Assembly: GCF_009914755.1 (NCBI RefSeq)
Contig: NC_060935.1
Strand: one strand, 5' to 3'
Source of the DNA: the human T2T-CHM13v2.0 reference genome, Homo sapiens
Length of the DNA: 64,000 bases
The number at the start of each line of letters is the position of its first letter. Within the stretch, counting starts at the first letter, position 1. Of this stretch, positions 51,561 to 64,000 are shown piece by piece. Both the position numbers and the translations under genes were made by a program. The notes beneath the pieces are model-generated. The model ran no database searches and had not been told where the DNA came from. It saw only the letters and a program-made list of their open reading frames with translations.

Positions 51561-51935
51561 TGCGGTCGGGGCTGACTATGCCCATGCATCCTCCCCACCT
51601 CAAATTTGCAAATTTAAGTTCTAACCCCCAGTGCCTCAGAAAGTGGCTGTATTTGAAGGTAACATCTATAAAGAGGTAATCAAAGTTAAAATGAGGCCAT
51701 TAGGAAACGCCCTAGTTCAATATGCTCCGTGTCCTCATAAGAAGAGGAAATTAGGACACAGATATCCATGAGGCGCAGGGAGAAGATGGCCATCAACAAG
51801 CCAACGTGAAAGGCTTCCGAAGCAATCAACTCTGCTGACACTTTCATCTCAGACTTGTAGCCTCTAGAACTGTGAGAAAATAAATGTTTGTTGTTTAAGC
51901 TACCCATTCTCTGGCAGGCCTAGACAAGTCATACA
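51561..51935 (+). mobile_element. MLT1A/B-like MaLR solo LTR
   Basis: AAGAGGTAATCAAAGTTAAAATGAGG..GGGAGAAGATGGCCATC.ACAAGCC..AGAACTGTGAGAAAATAAATG. Confidence 0.88.
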
Positions 51936-51949
51936 CTTGTGTCACTTAC

Positions 51950-52500
51950 ATAACAGAGAGGCATCCTTGAAGAAAGATATAGAGAAAATGGGAGAGAAAA
52001 AATATTTCAGGAGATAATGGCTAAGAATTCTTCAGAATTAAGGAAAAACTTCAAACCTTCATAATGTGGCAGTAGGGGGTAGCCTCATTGAATGCTGAAC
52101 AAGAGAAGTAAAATATAAAAATTAAACTTCAATATAGTCCTAGACGTAATGAGAATGAGGAAATTTGTAGGCTGTCATAGAAAATCTTTAAAACTATCAG
52201 AGAGAAAAGTTAGATTACCTGCAAATAAGTGACACTGAGCAGATTTCTTAGCAGCAGCAATAGACTCCCTAATACAATGGTCTATTGCAATGAAAACAAC
52301 CAATTTATAATTCTATACCCAGCTTTAATATCAATTAAGAGGGAGGATAAAATACAAACATCTTAAATCATAAAAGAAATGACAAATTTCACCACCCAGA
52401 GGCCTTGATCCTAAATGATGCATTCAGTGAAAAAAAAAAACCGAAAAGCTAATGAATCCAGGTGAAAGAAATGGGATTTCAGTAGCAGAGGTGAAAGAAG
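51950..52500 (+). mobile_element. Old L1M/HAL1 ORF1-region remnant
   Basis: AATATTTCAGGAGATAATGGCTAAGAATT..CAGATTTCT.AGCAGCA.CAATAGA..AATTCTATACCCAGC. Confidence 0.7.
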
Positions 52501-52596
52501 AAATCAGTAAACTAAGGGCAATTCTAAAAATTTATTATAATCATAAACATAATTATTATTTTCACATTAAAAATACCTGAATCAAAATTCATAAAT

Positions 52597-52816
52597 AAGG
52601 GGTTCAATAAACTGTATGCCACAGGCCAAATCTGGCTTTCTTTGCTTTACTAAATAAAGTTTCACTGAAATACAGTCACATTCATACATTTTACAATTGT
52701 TTCTGGCTATTTTCATGTTTCAACAGCAGAGTTGAATAGCTGTAGTAGAAGTCACATGGCCTTTGAAGCCCAAAATATTTTCGTTTGGCCCTTTACAGGA
52801 ACATTGCTGACCCCTG
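52597..52816 (+). mobile_element. MER58A hAT-Charlie MITE
   Basis: AGGGGT..GGCCAAATCTGGC..AATAAAGTTT.ACTG.AA.ACAG..TGGCCCTTTACAG..TTGCTGACCCCTG. Confidence 0.85.
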
Positions 52817-53232
52817 CTCTAGATCACAATGACATGAAAATATTCAAAGAGATGCTAGGAGAGGATGTTTTGAGGGGAAAGTTTGTGAGGACATGAGGGT
52901 TTACTAAGGTCCTCATCTTCAGGAGCAGGCAGGATATGCTGATTTTCTTTAATGCAATTATTAAATACCATGAATGTAATTGTACATGCAGACTAAAATA
53001 CTTAAAGGTAGCCCTTAAAATAATGGGAATAAAATGCATTATCTTTAAACTAGTAAATTCAAGTAAGTAGAAAGATAATTACATGTTAAAAGTTTTATAA
53101 ATTAACAGTCTCAAAAAAGAAGCAGGGGAAATAATAGTAAATAAAAAACACATAATATGTTTTATACATATGTGTGCATGAAAAATTATTTAAATATACT
53201 GAAAGAACTCAGGGGAATAGGCAGGAAAGAGA

Positions 53233-53267
<35 letters not shown>

Positions 53268-53282
53268 GAGAGAGAGAGAGAG
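53233..53282. repeat. (TA)n(GA)n microsatellite
   Basis: Read directly. Confidence 0.95.
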
Positions 53283-53289
53283 GATATAT

Positions 53290-56200
53290 ACTTTAGGCAT
53301 GTTGATCAATAACTCCCCATTTTCCCTTCTCTTACATGATGGTTAATATTAGGTGTCAACTCAATTGGATTGAAGTATCTCCAGATAGCTGGTAAAATGC
53401 TGCTTCTCTTTGTGTCTGTGAGGGTGTTGCCAGGGGAGACCGACATGTAAGTCATTGAAAAGGGAGAGGAAGACACATCTTCAATGTGGGTGGGCACCAT
53501 CCATTCGGCTGCCAGCCTGGCTAGAAGAGTAGGTGGAAGAAGGTGGGATAAGCTGCCTTGCTGAGTCTTCTGGCTTTCATCGTTCTCCCATGCTGGATGC
53601 TTCCTGCCTTTGGACATAAGACTTCAGGTTCTTTGGCCTTTGGACTCTGGGACTTAACACCAGTGGTTTGCTGGGGGGTCTCGGGCCTTCAGCCACAGAC
53701 TGAAGGCTGCTCTGTCTGCTTCCCTGCTTTTGAGACTTTTGAACTGAGACACTACTGGCTTCTTTCTTCCCCACCTGTCAGACGGCCTATCATGGGACTT
53801 CGCCTTGTGATTGTGTGAGCCAACTCTCCCTAATAAACTCCCTTTCATATACACATATATCCTATTACTTTTGTCCCTCTGGAGAACCCTGACTAATATA
53901 CCTTAGCTTCCAGTAACCACCATTGCAGTGTTTGCTTTGATGAATTTGACTACTCAGATATCTCATATAAGTGGGATCATGCAGTATTTGTCTTTCTGTG
54001 TCTAGCTTATTTTACTTAGCATAAAGTCCTCAAGGTCCATCCATCCTGTCACATATTGCAGAGTTTCCTTTTTGTAACTCTGAGTACTATTCTATCATAC
54101 ACATACACCACGTTGTCTTTAGCCACTCATCCATCAGTGGGTGTTTAGGTTGTTTCCACATCTTAGCTATCGTGAATAGTGCTGCAATGAACAAGGAAGT
54201 GTTTATATCTCTTTGAGATATGGACCTCAATTCTTTTGAATATATACTCAGAAATGAGATTATGAATAATGTAGTAGTTCTATTTCTTATTTTTTGAGGA
54301 ACCTCTATATTGTTTTTCATAGCAGCTGTACCATTTTGCATTCCCACCAATAGTAAGCAAGGGTTCCAAATCCCCCACATCCTCACAAATATTTATTTTA
54401 AAAAAATTGTATAATACCCATTTCTGGTATGTAAGGTGATACCTCATTGTGGTTTAAATTTGCATTTCCCTGGTGATTAGTGCTGAACCTCTTTTCATGT
54501 ATCTGTTGGCCATTTGTATGTCTTCTTTGGAGAAATGGCTATTCAAGTATTTAGCCCATTTTTAAATCATGCTTTTTTTTTTTTTGGTATTGAGTTGTAC
54601 GAGTTCTTTACATATTAATATTTTTAGAGATTAACCCTTACTGGACATAATGGTTGCAGATATTTTCTCTCACTCCCTTCGTTGCCTGTTTATGTGATTG
54701 ATAGATTCCTTTGCTTTGCTTTTTAGTTGGATATAGCCCCCACCTGTTGCCTGTGCTTTTGGTGTTATATCAATGAAATTATTGCCAAGACCACTGTCAT
54801 GAAGATTTTTTCCCATGTCTTTTTTTCTAGAAGTTTTACAGTCTCATGTCTTCTGTTTAAGTCTTTAAACCATTTTGAGTTGGTTTTGTGTATGCTGTAA
54901 AGTAAGGGTCCAATTTCATTCTTCTATATGTGGATATCCAGTTTTCCCAACAGCCTTGATAGATAAGAGTGTCCTCTATCCATGGTATATTCTTGGCGCC
55001 CTTGTTGAAGATCAATTGACTATGTATGTGAATTTATTTCTGGGTTCTTTATTCTGTTCCATTGGGCTGTATGGCTTTTTAAATGCCAGTACCATACAGT
55101 TTTGATTACTATGGCTTCATAAAATATTTTGAAATCAAGAAGTGTGATACCTCCAGCTTTATTCTTTCTCAGGATTGATTGGTCTATTCCTAGTATTTTG
55201 TAGTTCTATATGAATTGTAGAATTGTTTTCTTTTTCTATTTCTGTAGAAAAGTCTCTGAGATTTTGATAGGAATTGCATTAAAACTGTAGATTATTTTGG
55301 GTAGTATGGACATTTTAACAATATTGTCTTCCAATCCACAAGAATGGGGTGTTTTTCTATTTGTTTGGGTCTTATTGAATTTCATTTATCGATCTTTTGT
55401 AGTTTTTAATGTAAAAATTTTTCACCTCTATAGTTAAGTTTATTCCCAAGTATTTCAATTTTTTGATGTTATTGTAAATGAGATTGATTTCCTAATTTCT
55501 TTTTAAGATAGTTTATTTTTAGTATATACAAACACAACTACATTTTGTATGTTGATTTTCCATCCTGCAACTTTACAGAATTTGTTTATTAATTTATTTA
55601 AGGAATCTTTGGGATTTCCTATATACGAGATCACATAGTCTCCAAACAGTTATAATTTTGTCTCTTCCTTTCCAATTTGGATGTTTTTTAAACCTTTTTT
55701 CTTGTCTAATTTCTCTTGCTGTTATACAACCTCCAGGACTATTTTAAATAGAAGGAGTGAGAATAGCTATGCCTGACTTGTTCCTGAATTTAGAGAAAAA
55801 CACTTTTAGTTTTTCACCATTATATATGATGTTAGCTGTAGGCTTTTCATATATGACTTTTACCATGTTGATATATTTTCCTTCTTTTCTTAGAAGGAAT
55901 ACTGTGTTGAGAGTATTTATCACGAAAGGACATTACATTTTGTCCAACACATTCTCGGCATCTATTGAGATAATCATGTGATTTTTATCCTTTATTCCAT
56001 TGATTTTGTGTATCACATTAATTTATTTTCACAGATTAAATTCCACTTGGTTGTGGTGCATGATGCTTTGAATATGCTGTCCAATTTGGTTTGCTAACAT
56101 TTTGTTGAGGATTTTTGCATCTATATTGATCAGGAATATTGGCCTATAGTTTTCTTTTCCTGTGGTGTTTATTTGTCTGCTTTAGTATCAGGGTAATGCT

Positions 56201-59200
56201 GGCCTCATAAAAACAGTTTAGAAGTGTTTCCTCGTTTTAATTTTTTAGAAGAGTTTGAGAAAGATTGGCCTTAATTATTTCCATGTTTGGTAGAATTTAC
56301 CTGTGAAGCCATCTGGACCTGGGCTTTTCTTTGTTGGGAGATTTATGATTACTGGTTCAATCTTCATACTAGTTATGGGTCTGTTTAGGCTATTTCTTCA
56401 TGGCTTAGTTGTGGTACTTTGTATGTTCCTAGAAATGTATGAATTTCCTCTAGCTTATCCGATTAATTGGCGCTTAATTGTTCATAGTAGTCTTTCATGT
56501 TCTTTTTTATTTTAAATGGTGCCAGATGTAAACTCTCTTCTTTCAATTATGATTTTATATATTTGAGTCTTGTCATTTTTTCCCTTAAGTAGTTTAGTTA
56601 AGAATTTGTTAATTTTGGTTATCTTTTTTAAAAAAGGCAATTCTTAGTTTCATTAATTTATTTCTACCGTTTTTCTATTTTGTTTATTTCTGCTCTAATC
56701 TTTGTGTTTTTTTTTTTTTTGGTTTTTTTGTTTGTTTGTTTGTTTTTGCCTAGCTAAACCTGGGCTTGATTTGTTCTTCTTTTTCTAACTCCTAGAGGTG
56801 TAAAATTAAATTGTTTATTTGTAATCTTCCTTCTTGTTTTTAGTGTATGCATTTATCACTATGAACTTTCCTCTTAGTATTACTTACTATTGCTGCATCC
56901 CATAAGTTTTTGTATATCGTATCTTTGTTTTCATCTGCCTTGCAGTATTACATAATTTTTTAAAAAATTCTTCTTTTGACCTATTGTTGTTCAAGAATGT
57001 TTTGTGTAATTTTTATGTTTTTATGAAGTTTTAAATTTTTCTCCTAATATTAGTTTCCAGTTTCATCTGTTTGTGGTCTGAAAATATATTTAGTATAATT
57101 TCAATTTTCTTAATTTTGCTGAGACTTGGTTTGTAAATCTGATGTATGATCTATCTTGAAGAAATATCTGTGTGCATTTGGGATGAACACGTATCTACTG
57201 TTGTTGGATGGAATGTTCTATATATGTCCATTAGACTCATTTGGCCTGTGGTGTTAAGTCCTTGGTTTCCTTATTGATCTTCTGCCTAGAGTTCTGTCCG
57301 GCATCAAAAGTGGAGAATTGAAATCTCTTACTGTTATTGTACTGTTGTCTGTTTCTCCTCTCAGTTCTGTCAAGGTGTGCTTTACTTATTTAGGTGCTCT
57401 GATATTAGGTATATCATATATATTTATTATGTAAATATATTGATTATTCCTCTAATCATTATGCAAGGTGCTTCTTGGTCTCTTTTGGCAGTTTTTAAGT
57501 TAAAGTCAGTGTTATCTCATGTAAGTATAACCACTCCTGCTTTCTTTTGGTTACCATTTGCATGAACTGTTTTTCTCCATTCATTAATTTTAAGCCTATG
57601 TGTGCCCTTAAATCTCAAATGATTTTCCCCTCACTTGAGTTGAGGTCATGTTTTTCTCTGTTCTTTTTAAAAAAATCCACTCAGCCACTCAATGCGTTTT
57701 GATTAAGCTAAGTATTGATAGTGAAGGGTTTACTATTGCTAGTTTGTTAGTTGTTTTATTTTAGTACTATAGTTCTTTTGACTGCATTTTCTTCATTAAC
57801 TGTTTTCCTTTGTGTTTTACTATTTATTTTTGTACTGATATGCTTTGATTTGTTTCTGTTTTTCTTTTGTGTAAGTTCTATAAATTAATTTTTTGTGTTT
57901 ACCTTGGAGCTTACACAAGACATAGACATAAGAGTCTAATTTAAGCTGATAACAACTTAAGTTTAATGACATGTAAAAACTCTGCACTTTAACTTCTCCC
58001 CCCACACTTTGTTTATTGTCATAATTTCCATTTGTTTTTACTCTGTATTTTTAAACATATATTTACTTATATTTATTTGTAATAATTTATCTTTTAAGTT
58101 TTATTTTTGAATTAAAAGTGACTTACTCACTACCATTACAGTAATACAGTATTCTGTATGTTTACATACTTACCTTTACCAATGAGCTTCATAATTTTCA
58201 TGTGCTGTTTTGTATTGTATTGTATTGCTATTTAGTGTCCTTTTATTTCAACTTGAAGAACTCCTTTAAAATTTCTTATGTGACAGGTTTAGTGGTGACG
58301 AATACACTGCTTTATTTTTGTCTGAAAACATCTTTTTTGTCTTCTATTTTTTTAGATAACAGTTTTGCCAGGCATAGTAATCTTGATTGGTAGTTTTATT
58401 TATTTATTTTTCCCTCTTCCATTCCCTTATGGCCTGTAAGGTTTCTGCTAAAAATCCACTCACACTTGTATGTAACCAGTTGTTTTTTACATACAAGGAA
58501 TTCCCTTGTATGTAACCAGTTGTTTTTCTCTTGATACTTTCAAAACTATTTGTCTTTGACTTTTGACAATTTGATTTTAATGTTTATTGGTGCTAGAATT
58601 TTAGGAGTTCATTTTACTTGTTACTTTTTGGTATCTTGGATCTAGATGTCCATTTCCTTCTCCAGGTTTGGAAAGTTTTCAGTTATTATTTCTTTGAATA
58701 ACTTTCTGGTCCTTTCTTTCTCTCTTCTTCTTTAACACCCATAATGCATATAAGTCCTTTAAGTTTTTTTTAAACTTCTTTACATTCTTTTCTCTTTTTG
58801 TTCTCTGATTGAGTCATTTCCAATGACTTGTCTTAGCATTTGCAAATCCTTTTTTTTTTCTGCTTGATCTAGCCTGTTGTTGAACTCCTCTAGTGAATTT
58901 TTCAATTTGATGTTTGCACTCTTTAGCTTCCTAATTTTTGTTGGCATTTAAAAAATATTTGTATCTCTTTGTTGAAATTGTCACCTTGTTCATCCATTGT
59001 TACATTGACCTTGGTAAGCCTCTATGACAGCTCTTTTGAATTCTCTCTTAGGTAAATTATGTAACTCTATTTCTATCAGGTCAGTTTCTGGAGAGTTATT
59101 TTGTTCCTTTATTTGGGACATCTTTGCCTGATTCTTCATTTTCCTTGACTCTTTATGTTGGTGTCTGCATATTAGATTGATTATCTATCCTGGTCTTCAC

Positions 59201-59730
59201 TGACTTCTTCTATACAGGAGACGACTCCTACCAATCAGCCTAGCTAGAAATTCTACTAACTCTTTCCCTCCCTAGGGAAAAGCAGACAGCTGTGTTTCTG
59301 TCTGCTTGCTCTGTGGGTTGAGCCAGGAAAGGGCGCTATAGTGTCTGCCAATCCAAGCTGCCACGTCCACTCTCTCCCAGGCTGCTGACTCATCCAAGCT
59401 CCAAGACTGGAAGGACTGAGATCACAGTCTGACCCCATTCAGGAATGTTTGCATGCTGGAGGCACAAACCATCCCCTTATCTCCCTTGGGTCTCTTCCTG
59501 GTTGTAAGGCCCTGTGTCAGGTACAGGGACTCCAGTGAGAGAGTGTCCTGAATCCCCCTTACAGCTTTAGTGAGTCTGGTTTTGCAGTTGTCTGGATTGT
59601 GAAATATTTTCACTTAACTTCTAGATTTCTCACAAAGGGAAATTGTCCATGAACTGTTGCTGAATTGGTGAGTTTGTCAGGAAAAGGATGGTCCAGGGCT
59701 TCCTAGTCCTCTATCTTGCTGATGTCACTC
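53290..59730 (-). mobile_element. Long, degraded L1MA9/L1MB-age element: 3' UTR, ORF2, ORF1 and 5' terminus
   Basis: Continuous L1 antisense sequence (ORF2 remnant HSPAAMKNNIEVPQK-type/LFIAALFTIAKMWKQPK at 54087-54386); reverse complement of 59701-59730 is GAGTGACATCAGCAAGAT.., the L1M 5' start. Confidence 0.9.
53335..53900 (+). mobile_element. MLT2A (MLT2A2-like) ERVL solo LTR inserted in the L1 3' UTR
   Basis: TGATGGTTAATATT..TGTCAACT..GTGGGTGGGCACCATC..CTAATAAACTCCC..CTCTGGAGAACCCTGACTAATA; TSD (T/C)CTTA. Confidence 0.93.
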
Positions 59731-61845
59731 TTTTGGTTGCTTATGTTAGGAAAAGACTAAGCAAAATACCAACCATTGTCAATTCTAGCCACGGAAATTA
59801 AAGGATTTTTTAAAATATTATCTTTAATTTTATGTAATTTTTAATTTTAAAAAATAAAATAAGACTTCAAAAATTGTTATTTAACAGTGTGATTGCAATT
59901 CAACTATATTTATATGCCCACACCTTCACAAACATATACATAGGAGATTGGAAACATGCATATCAGACTTTAATAGCAATGCTTCCACATCCCTGGGATG
60001 TAAAATACTACCACAGCAATGAATACCCTACCGAAAGGTAACACAAATACTCAGAATGGTAAACTATGAGTCATTTTATTTTCTTTGCAAATAATGTGAT
60101 GATCGCAAGGAGAAGAATCAGAAATGAAACTTTCTCTAGCTAGATAACTGCCTAGTCCTTTGGTGAGTTCTTAGTAAACACCACCTCTGCTTTTCAGACT
60201 GTAATTAATAATACAAGTGATCTTATTAGCTGCTCAGTAACCCTGTCTACAATCAACCCATGATTTAGATCTTGTTCCTTTCAATTCTTTTTTCCTCTAA
60301 AATTCTGGAGTTTAAGTCTTAACTATTTGATACCAATCTTAGTGTTTAGAAAGGGACATCCTTCAGCGCATCAGCCATGCTCATAGTTATACTGATACCA
60401 GTACATAACAGGTGATAAAACAGGTAATGTCCCCTTAGAGCCCAACAGGTTACTATATATGTAGATGCACATATACAAGATACATAGAAAAAAAAAGAAT
60501 ATGCAACTCAATATTGTTATTTTGCCCTGTCTTATAAAAGCAGACTTTACCTGGTGTCTAAGTTATGTATGCATGAATGCCCCTTCAGGTTGAATTTCCA
60601 GGCTTTCAACAATGAATTTATAGCACTGACTTCTGCATACAAATGTCCAGCCCACTTAGCTTTTACTGTGATGTCTCCTGTGTCTGTTTACAGGTGCAAT
60701 TAGAGAATCCTATTTTCCAAACTGAGTTTGCTGAGTTGAAAGTACAGTCCTCAACCAATGCTTTGAGTTTGCAAATCATATTCCAAAAAAAACAAGTTCA
60801 ATGTAGCCAATGCCTGAAAGAAAACAATAGCAGTAAATTCTGCTACAGATGAAGTAGGATGTTCTACATCCATCACTAAGCAAAAAATTGAAAAATAAAA
60901 AATAACCCTTGGTTCCTTCTTAAGTCCTAATGCTAACTGGTCTGCATTTGTGGAGCTTTATAACAAAGAGCTTTTGTCCACAACTTGTACTCATTTTAAG
61001 GTATGACAGTTCCCAAGCCTTGGTAATGTATAAGCCATCCTTGTTGAATGTAACATATTAAACAGTTCACTAAGCTTACAATGGTTCAGAATGTTAAAAA
61101 TAAAATTGTACCAGTAGCTCTGCCTGTCTTTGTGCCAAAGCAGTACAAATGATTTTTGAATAAAGAAAACAACAGTGCTCATCTGAGCTTGCTAACAACA
61201 CCCAATGACACATGCTGCTGTACAATATTCTGACTCTATCTTGAACACCCATTAGGGAGCATTATCATATGCAATATTACATATTCAAGAACTGACAACA
61301 ATTGATGCATGGCTGGAAAATAATATGATAGCAAAGTCACACTTGGGTTTTACCCTCTGGAGATCACTCTGCAGGCTTAATTTGTGCTTCTCCCTGAATC
61401 AACAAGCCTCCCACACCTGCCCCTTTCCCGCTATATTGGAAAGAAAAAAAAAAGCAAAATTTTAAGAAATAAAATTAGCCATTTATTTCTAAAAGGATAG
61501 AAACAACTGAAAATGCACCCTGACTTTATCTCTGCCATTTTTCTAGGGCAGACAGTAATGATCAACTGGGGGGAGGCCTATATTAATCAAACAAATGTGG
61601 TAACACAGAGTATGCGTCATGACATCATGGGTGCTAGCAAAGTCTCCAGGTTGTCTATCTACATCGCTCACTTCCTCCAATCAAGAACTCCTGGGCACTT
61701 TAGAAGTACAAGGTGACTAGAAGTTTGTTTCTCTTGGGAAGAGTGTTTTCATCACCAATTGCAAATTCACACGCCTCAGTGACTTGGGTGGCCTTTGTCA
61801 AGGAGACAGGCCTGTCAAACAAAGGAGACAGGGAAGTTAGAATGA

Positions 61846-61848
<3 letters not shown>

Positions 61849-61884
<36 letters not shown>
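61849..61884. repeat. (TG)18 microsatellite
   Basis: Read directly. Confidence 0.97.
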
Positions 61885-61885
<1 letters not shown>

Positions 61886-62689
61886 TGAGGGAGGCTGGGG
61901 ATAATGAGAGTAGTTGCACATCAGGCATGATTTTAAGCCATGGTGGTAATAACAGCTTATGGGCAAGTGGCAATGTAACTGGGGGTGTGCAGAAATGCCA
62001 AGGAAAACCCTTGATTGAATGCCCTTTGGAAATCAGAGGTCTCTCCTGCTCATGGTTTCAGGGAGAGAGCACCCTCCTATCCCCAAAAGTTCCCAGGACC
62101 TGAAGAATTCATTTGCACTCATCCCATTAAGAGCTTTTGCTCAGTACAGTGGCACATGGGGACAAGTTGTTCTGAGAAAGACGATCGAGCTCTGATAGAC
62201 TGAGACACGCTGAAGACAGAGTTGAATCTCAGCAGTCTAATGGGCCCAGTGAGGCAGTAAATTTCGCAGCAACTTGACACATTAATATAGAAGTACAGTC
62301 TGTTATATCAAAGGGAGATTGTCTTAGTCCTTAAGGGGAAACCAGCAATCCAAAAATGAAAAGTGTGCACTGGCGACTTGTGAAAAATGTAGTTAACACT
62401 GAGAGCTGAAGTATAGAGCTTTACGCCTTCCCTGGTATGAGTTCTCATCAAGGGCAGGCTCTGGTCCCTCCTGGAGACCACACACCCCATAACATCCACA
62501 TCTCCTAACCCTGGCTCTTAGCAACCTTGGCATCTTTGCAGCCTGAGAGAAGGGGAACCAGCAAACAAGTTTTTATTTGGTCCCATGGGACAACGCAGGC
62601 TCTGTCTTTCTAACGCTGTGTTTTCCCTTATGTCTTTGTGCCACCATAGCAGCTTGGAGCACATTTCTGTATGACTCCGCAGGGGGGAA

Positions 62690-63030
62690 ACCCAACAACT
62701 TAATTATCCAATAATAGGGAGACATATTGGTAAATTACAGAATGTCCACTGGAGAAATATGACGAATCTGTTTAAATGATCTTTATAAAAATTAAATGGA
62801 AAGAAACATGAGAAGTATTTATGATTTAATGCTCAATGAAAATGTAGACTACAGCACTGTCAGAATAGATGTAAAATCATGAATTCATAGCAGTCAGGAC
62901 TGGAAAGTAATAAGTGCAGATGGAACTAGTTATGTTAGAAGAAAGAGATTATGCAGGGTTTTTTTCATTTTCAAATTCATTTAACAATGTTGTAACATTA
63001 TATTCTTAAGGTGTATATTTTTAATAAACC
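62690..63030 (+). mobile_element. Very old L1M (L1ME-like) 3' end fragment
   Basis: AATGTCCA..TATGAT.TAATGCTCAATGAAAA..GGACTGGAAAG.AATA..TTTTTAATAAA. Confidence 0.5.
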
Positions 63031-64000
63031 AGAGGAAATAAGAGCTAACTTAATTTATTAACACCTTTTGCCTTTCTTGCTTAGTAATTATCTAATACTA
63101 ATACTTTCAGCACACACATTTAATCTTCTCCCAAAGCTACAGCCAAAGTATAACTGGAGACAGAAGGTGCTTTAGTTCTTACACCTATGGTTCTATCCGG
63201 TTCTATCCTTCCTACCTCCCTTTACTCACTTCTCAGTGGCTTAAGAGTTAAACATGGTCCTTGTATAATAGAAAATTCATTTAACCAAATCAATGTGCAC
63301 TGGTCTGCAGAAGAATTAATTCCATAGGGGCCTTTCCATCCTTCTTTTTATTTTGTTTTCTTTTTGCTTCATATAATGCTCTGAAAGAGATTTAACATGA
63401 GGGTAAGATTTGATTAAATGATCCTAGCAGCTTGGGGTCTGGGGGATTTGAGTCCTGTCCAGACCACGTCTTATGTACTTTGGAAGAGGGTCTAGATGAC
63501 TACACATCTGGAGCAACAGCATTTTCAGTCTTTAAAAGGAAGAGGTCTTTAATGTGATAGAATTAAAGTAGCTAGAGGCAACCAAGCGTGACTTGCCCCA
63601 ATTCAGGTAAATGCTGTTCCCCACACCAAGAATTACATGATGCTTCCTATAGATCATCATGAAGGTGAAGCAACAATCTCCCAGTTACATGGGTTATAGT
63701 CATTTAATGATTTAATTTTGTGTTTCCAGCTATATTTTAACTTCAAAAATAGCCAAGCTTCAATACAACTAAACAAATCAACCACATCCTGTCCCCTGTG
63801 TCTACATATGCTTTTAGTCCAACTGAATGCAAAGGACCTAGTCAGGTTCTATAGGTGTCAGGCTAACTGCTCTCCTATGTTTTGGTTTATTTGTGATTGT
63901 GTATAAAGTTACATCCAACTGGATGGGAGTCTCCCAGGAAAGGAAGAACTGTATCTCACCTACTTTGTTCACACATAGGTAACAAAATTTGTTTTGAAAA

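Overview
Non-coding, repeat-rich primate genomic DNA. AluY, AluS/J, THE1, MSTA, MER41, LTR8 and L1PA point to a catarrhine, human-like genome. I find no credible protein-coding gene, tRNA, rRNA or CRISPR array; the ORFs in the track are L1/Alu remnants, simple-repeat translations or chance ORFs. The window is intergenic or lies in a large intron, and consists of MIR, L2, L1 (L1PA, L1PB, old L1M), Alu, MaLR/ERVL/ERV1 solo LTRs, hAT fossils and microsatellites. I see no new biological system. Four structures stand out. (1) An L1 insertion carries an internal U6 snRNA fragment in the opposite orientation inside one TSD, suggesting twin priming across two RNAs. (2) A 3-kb cluster of four LTRs includes a MER61-like LTR nested in a MER41B that keeps one STAT (GAS) site. 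(3) An L1PA shows a clean twin-primed 5' inversion. (4) Several micro-rearrangements are visible: a direct-inverted-direct template-switch scar, an orphan 39-bp LTR8 copy and local duplications. Subfamily names come from recalled consensus sequences, and the boundaries of old repeats are approximate.
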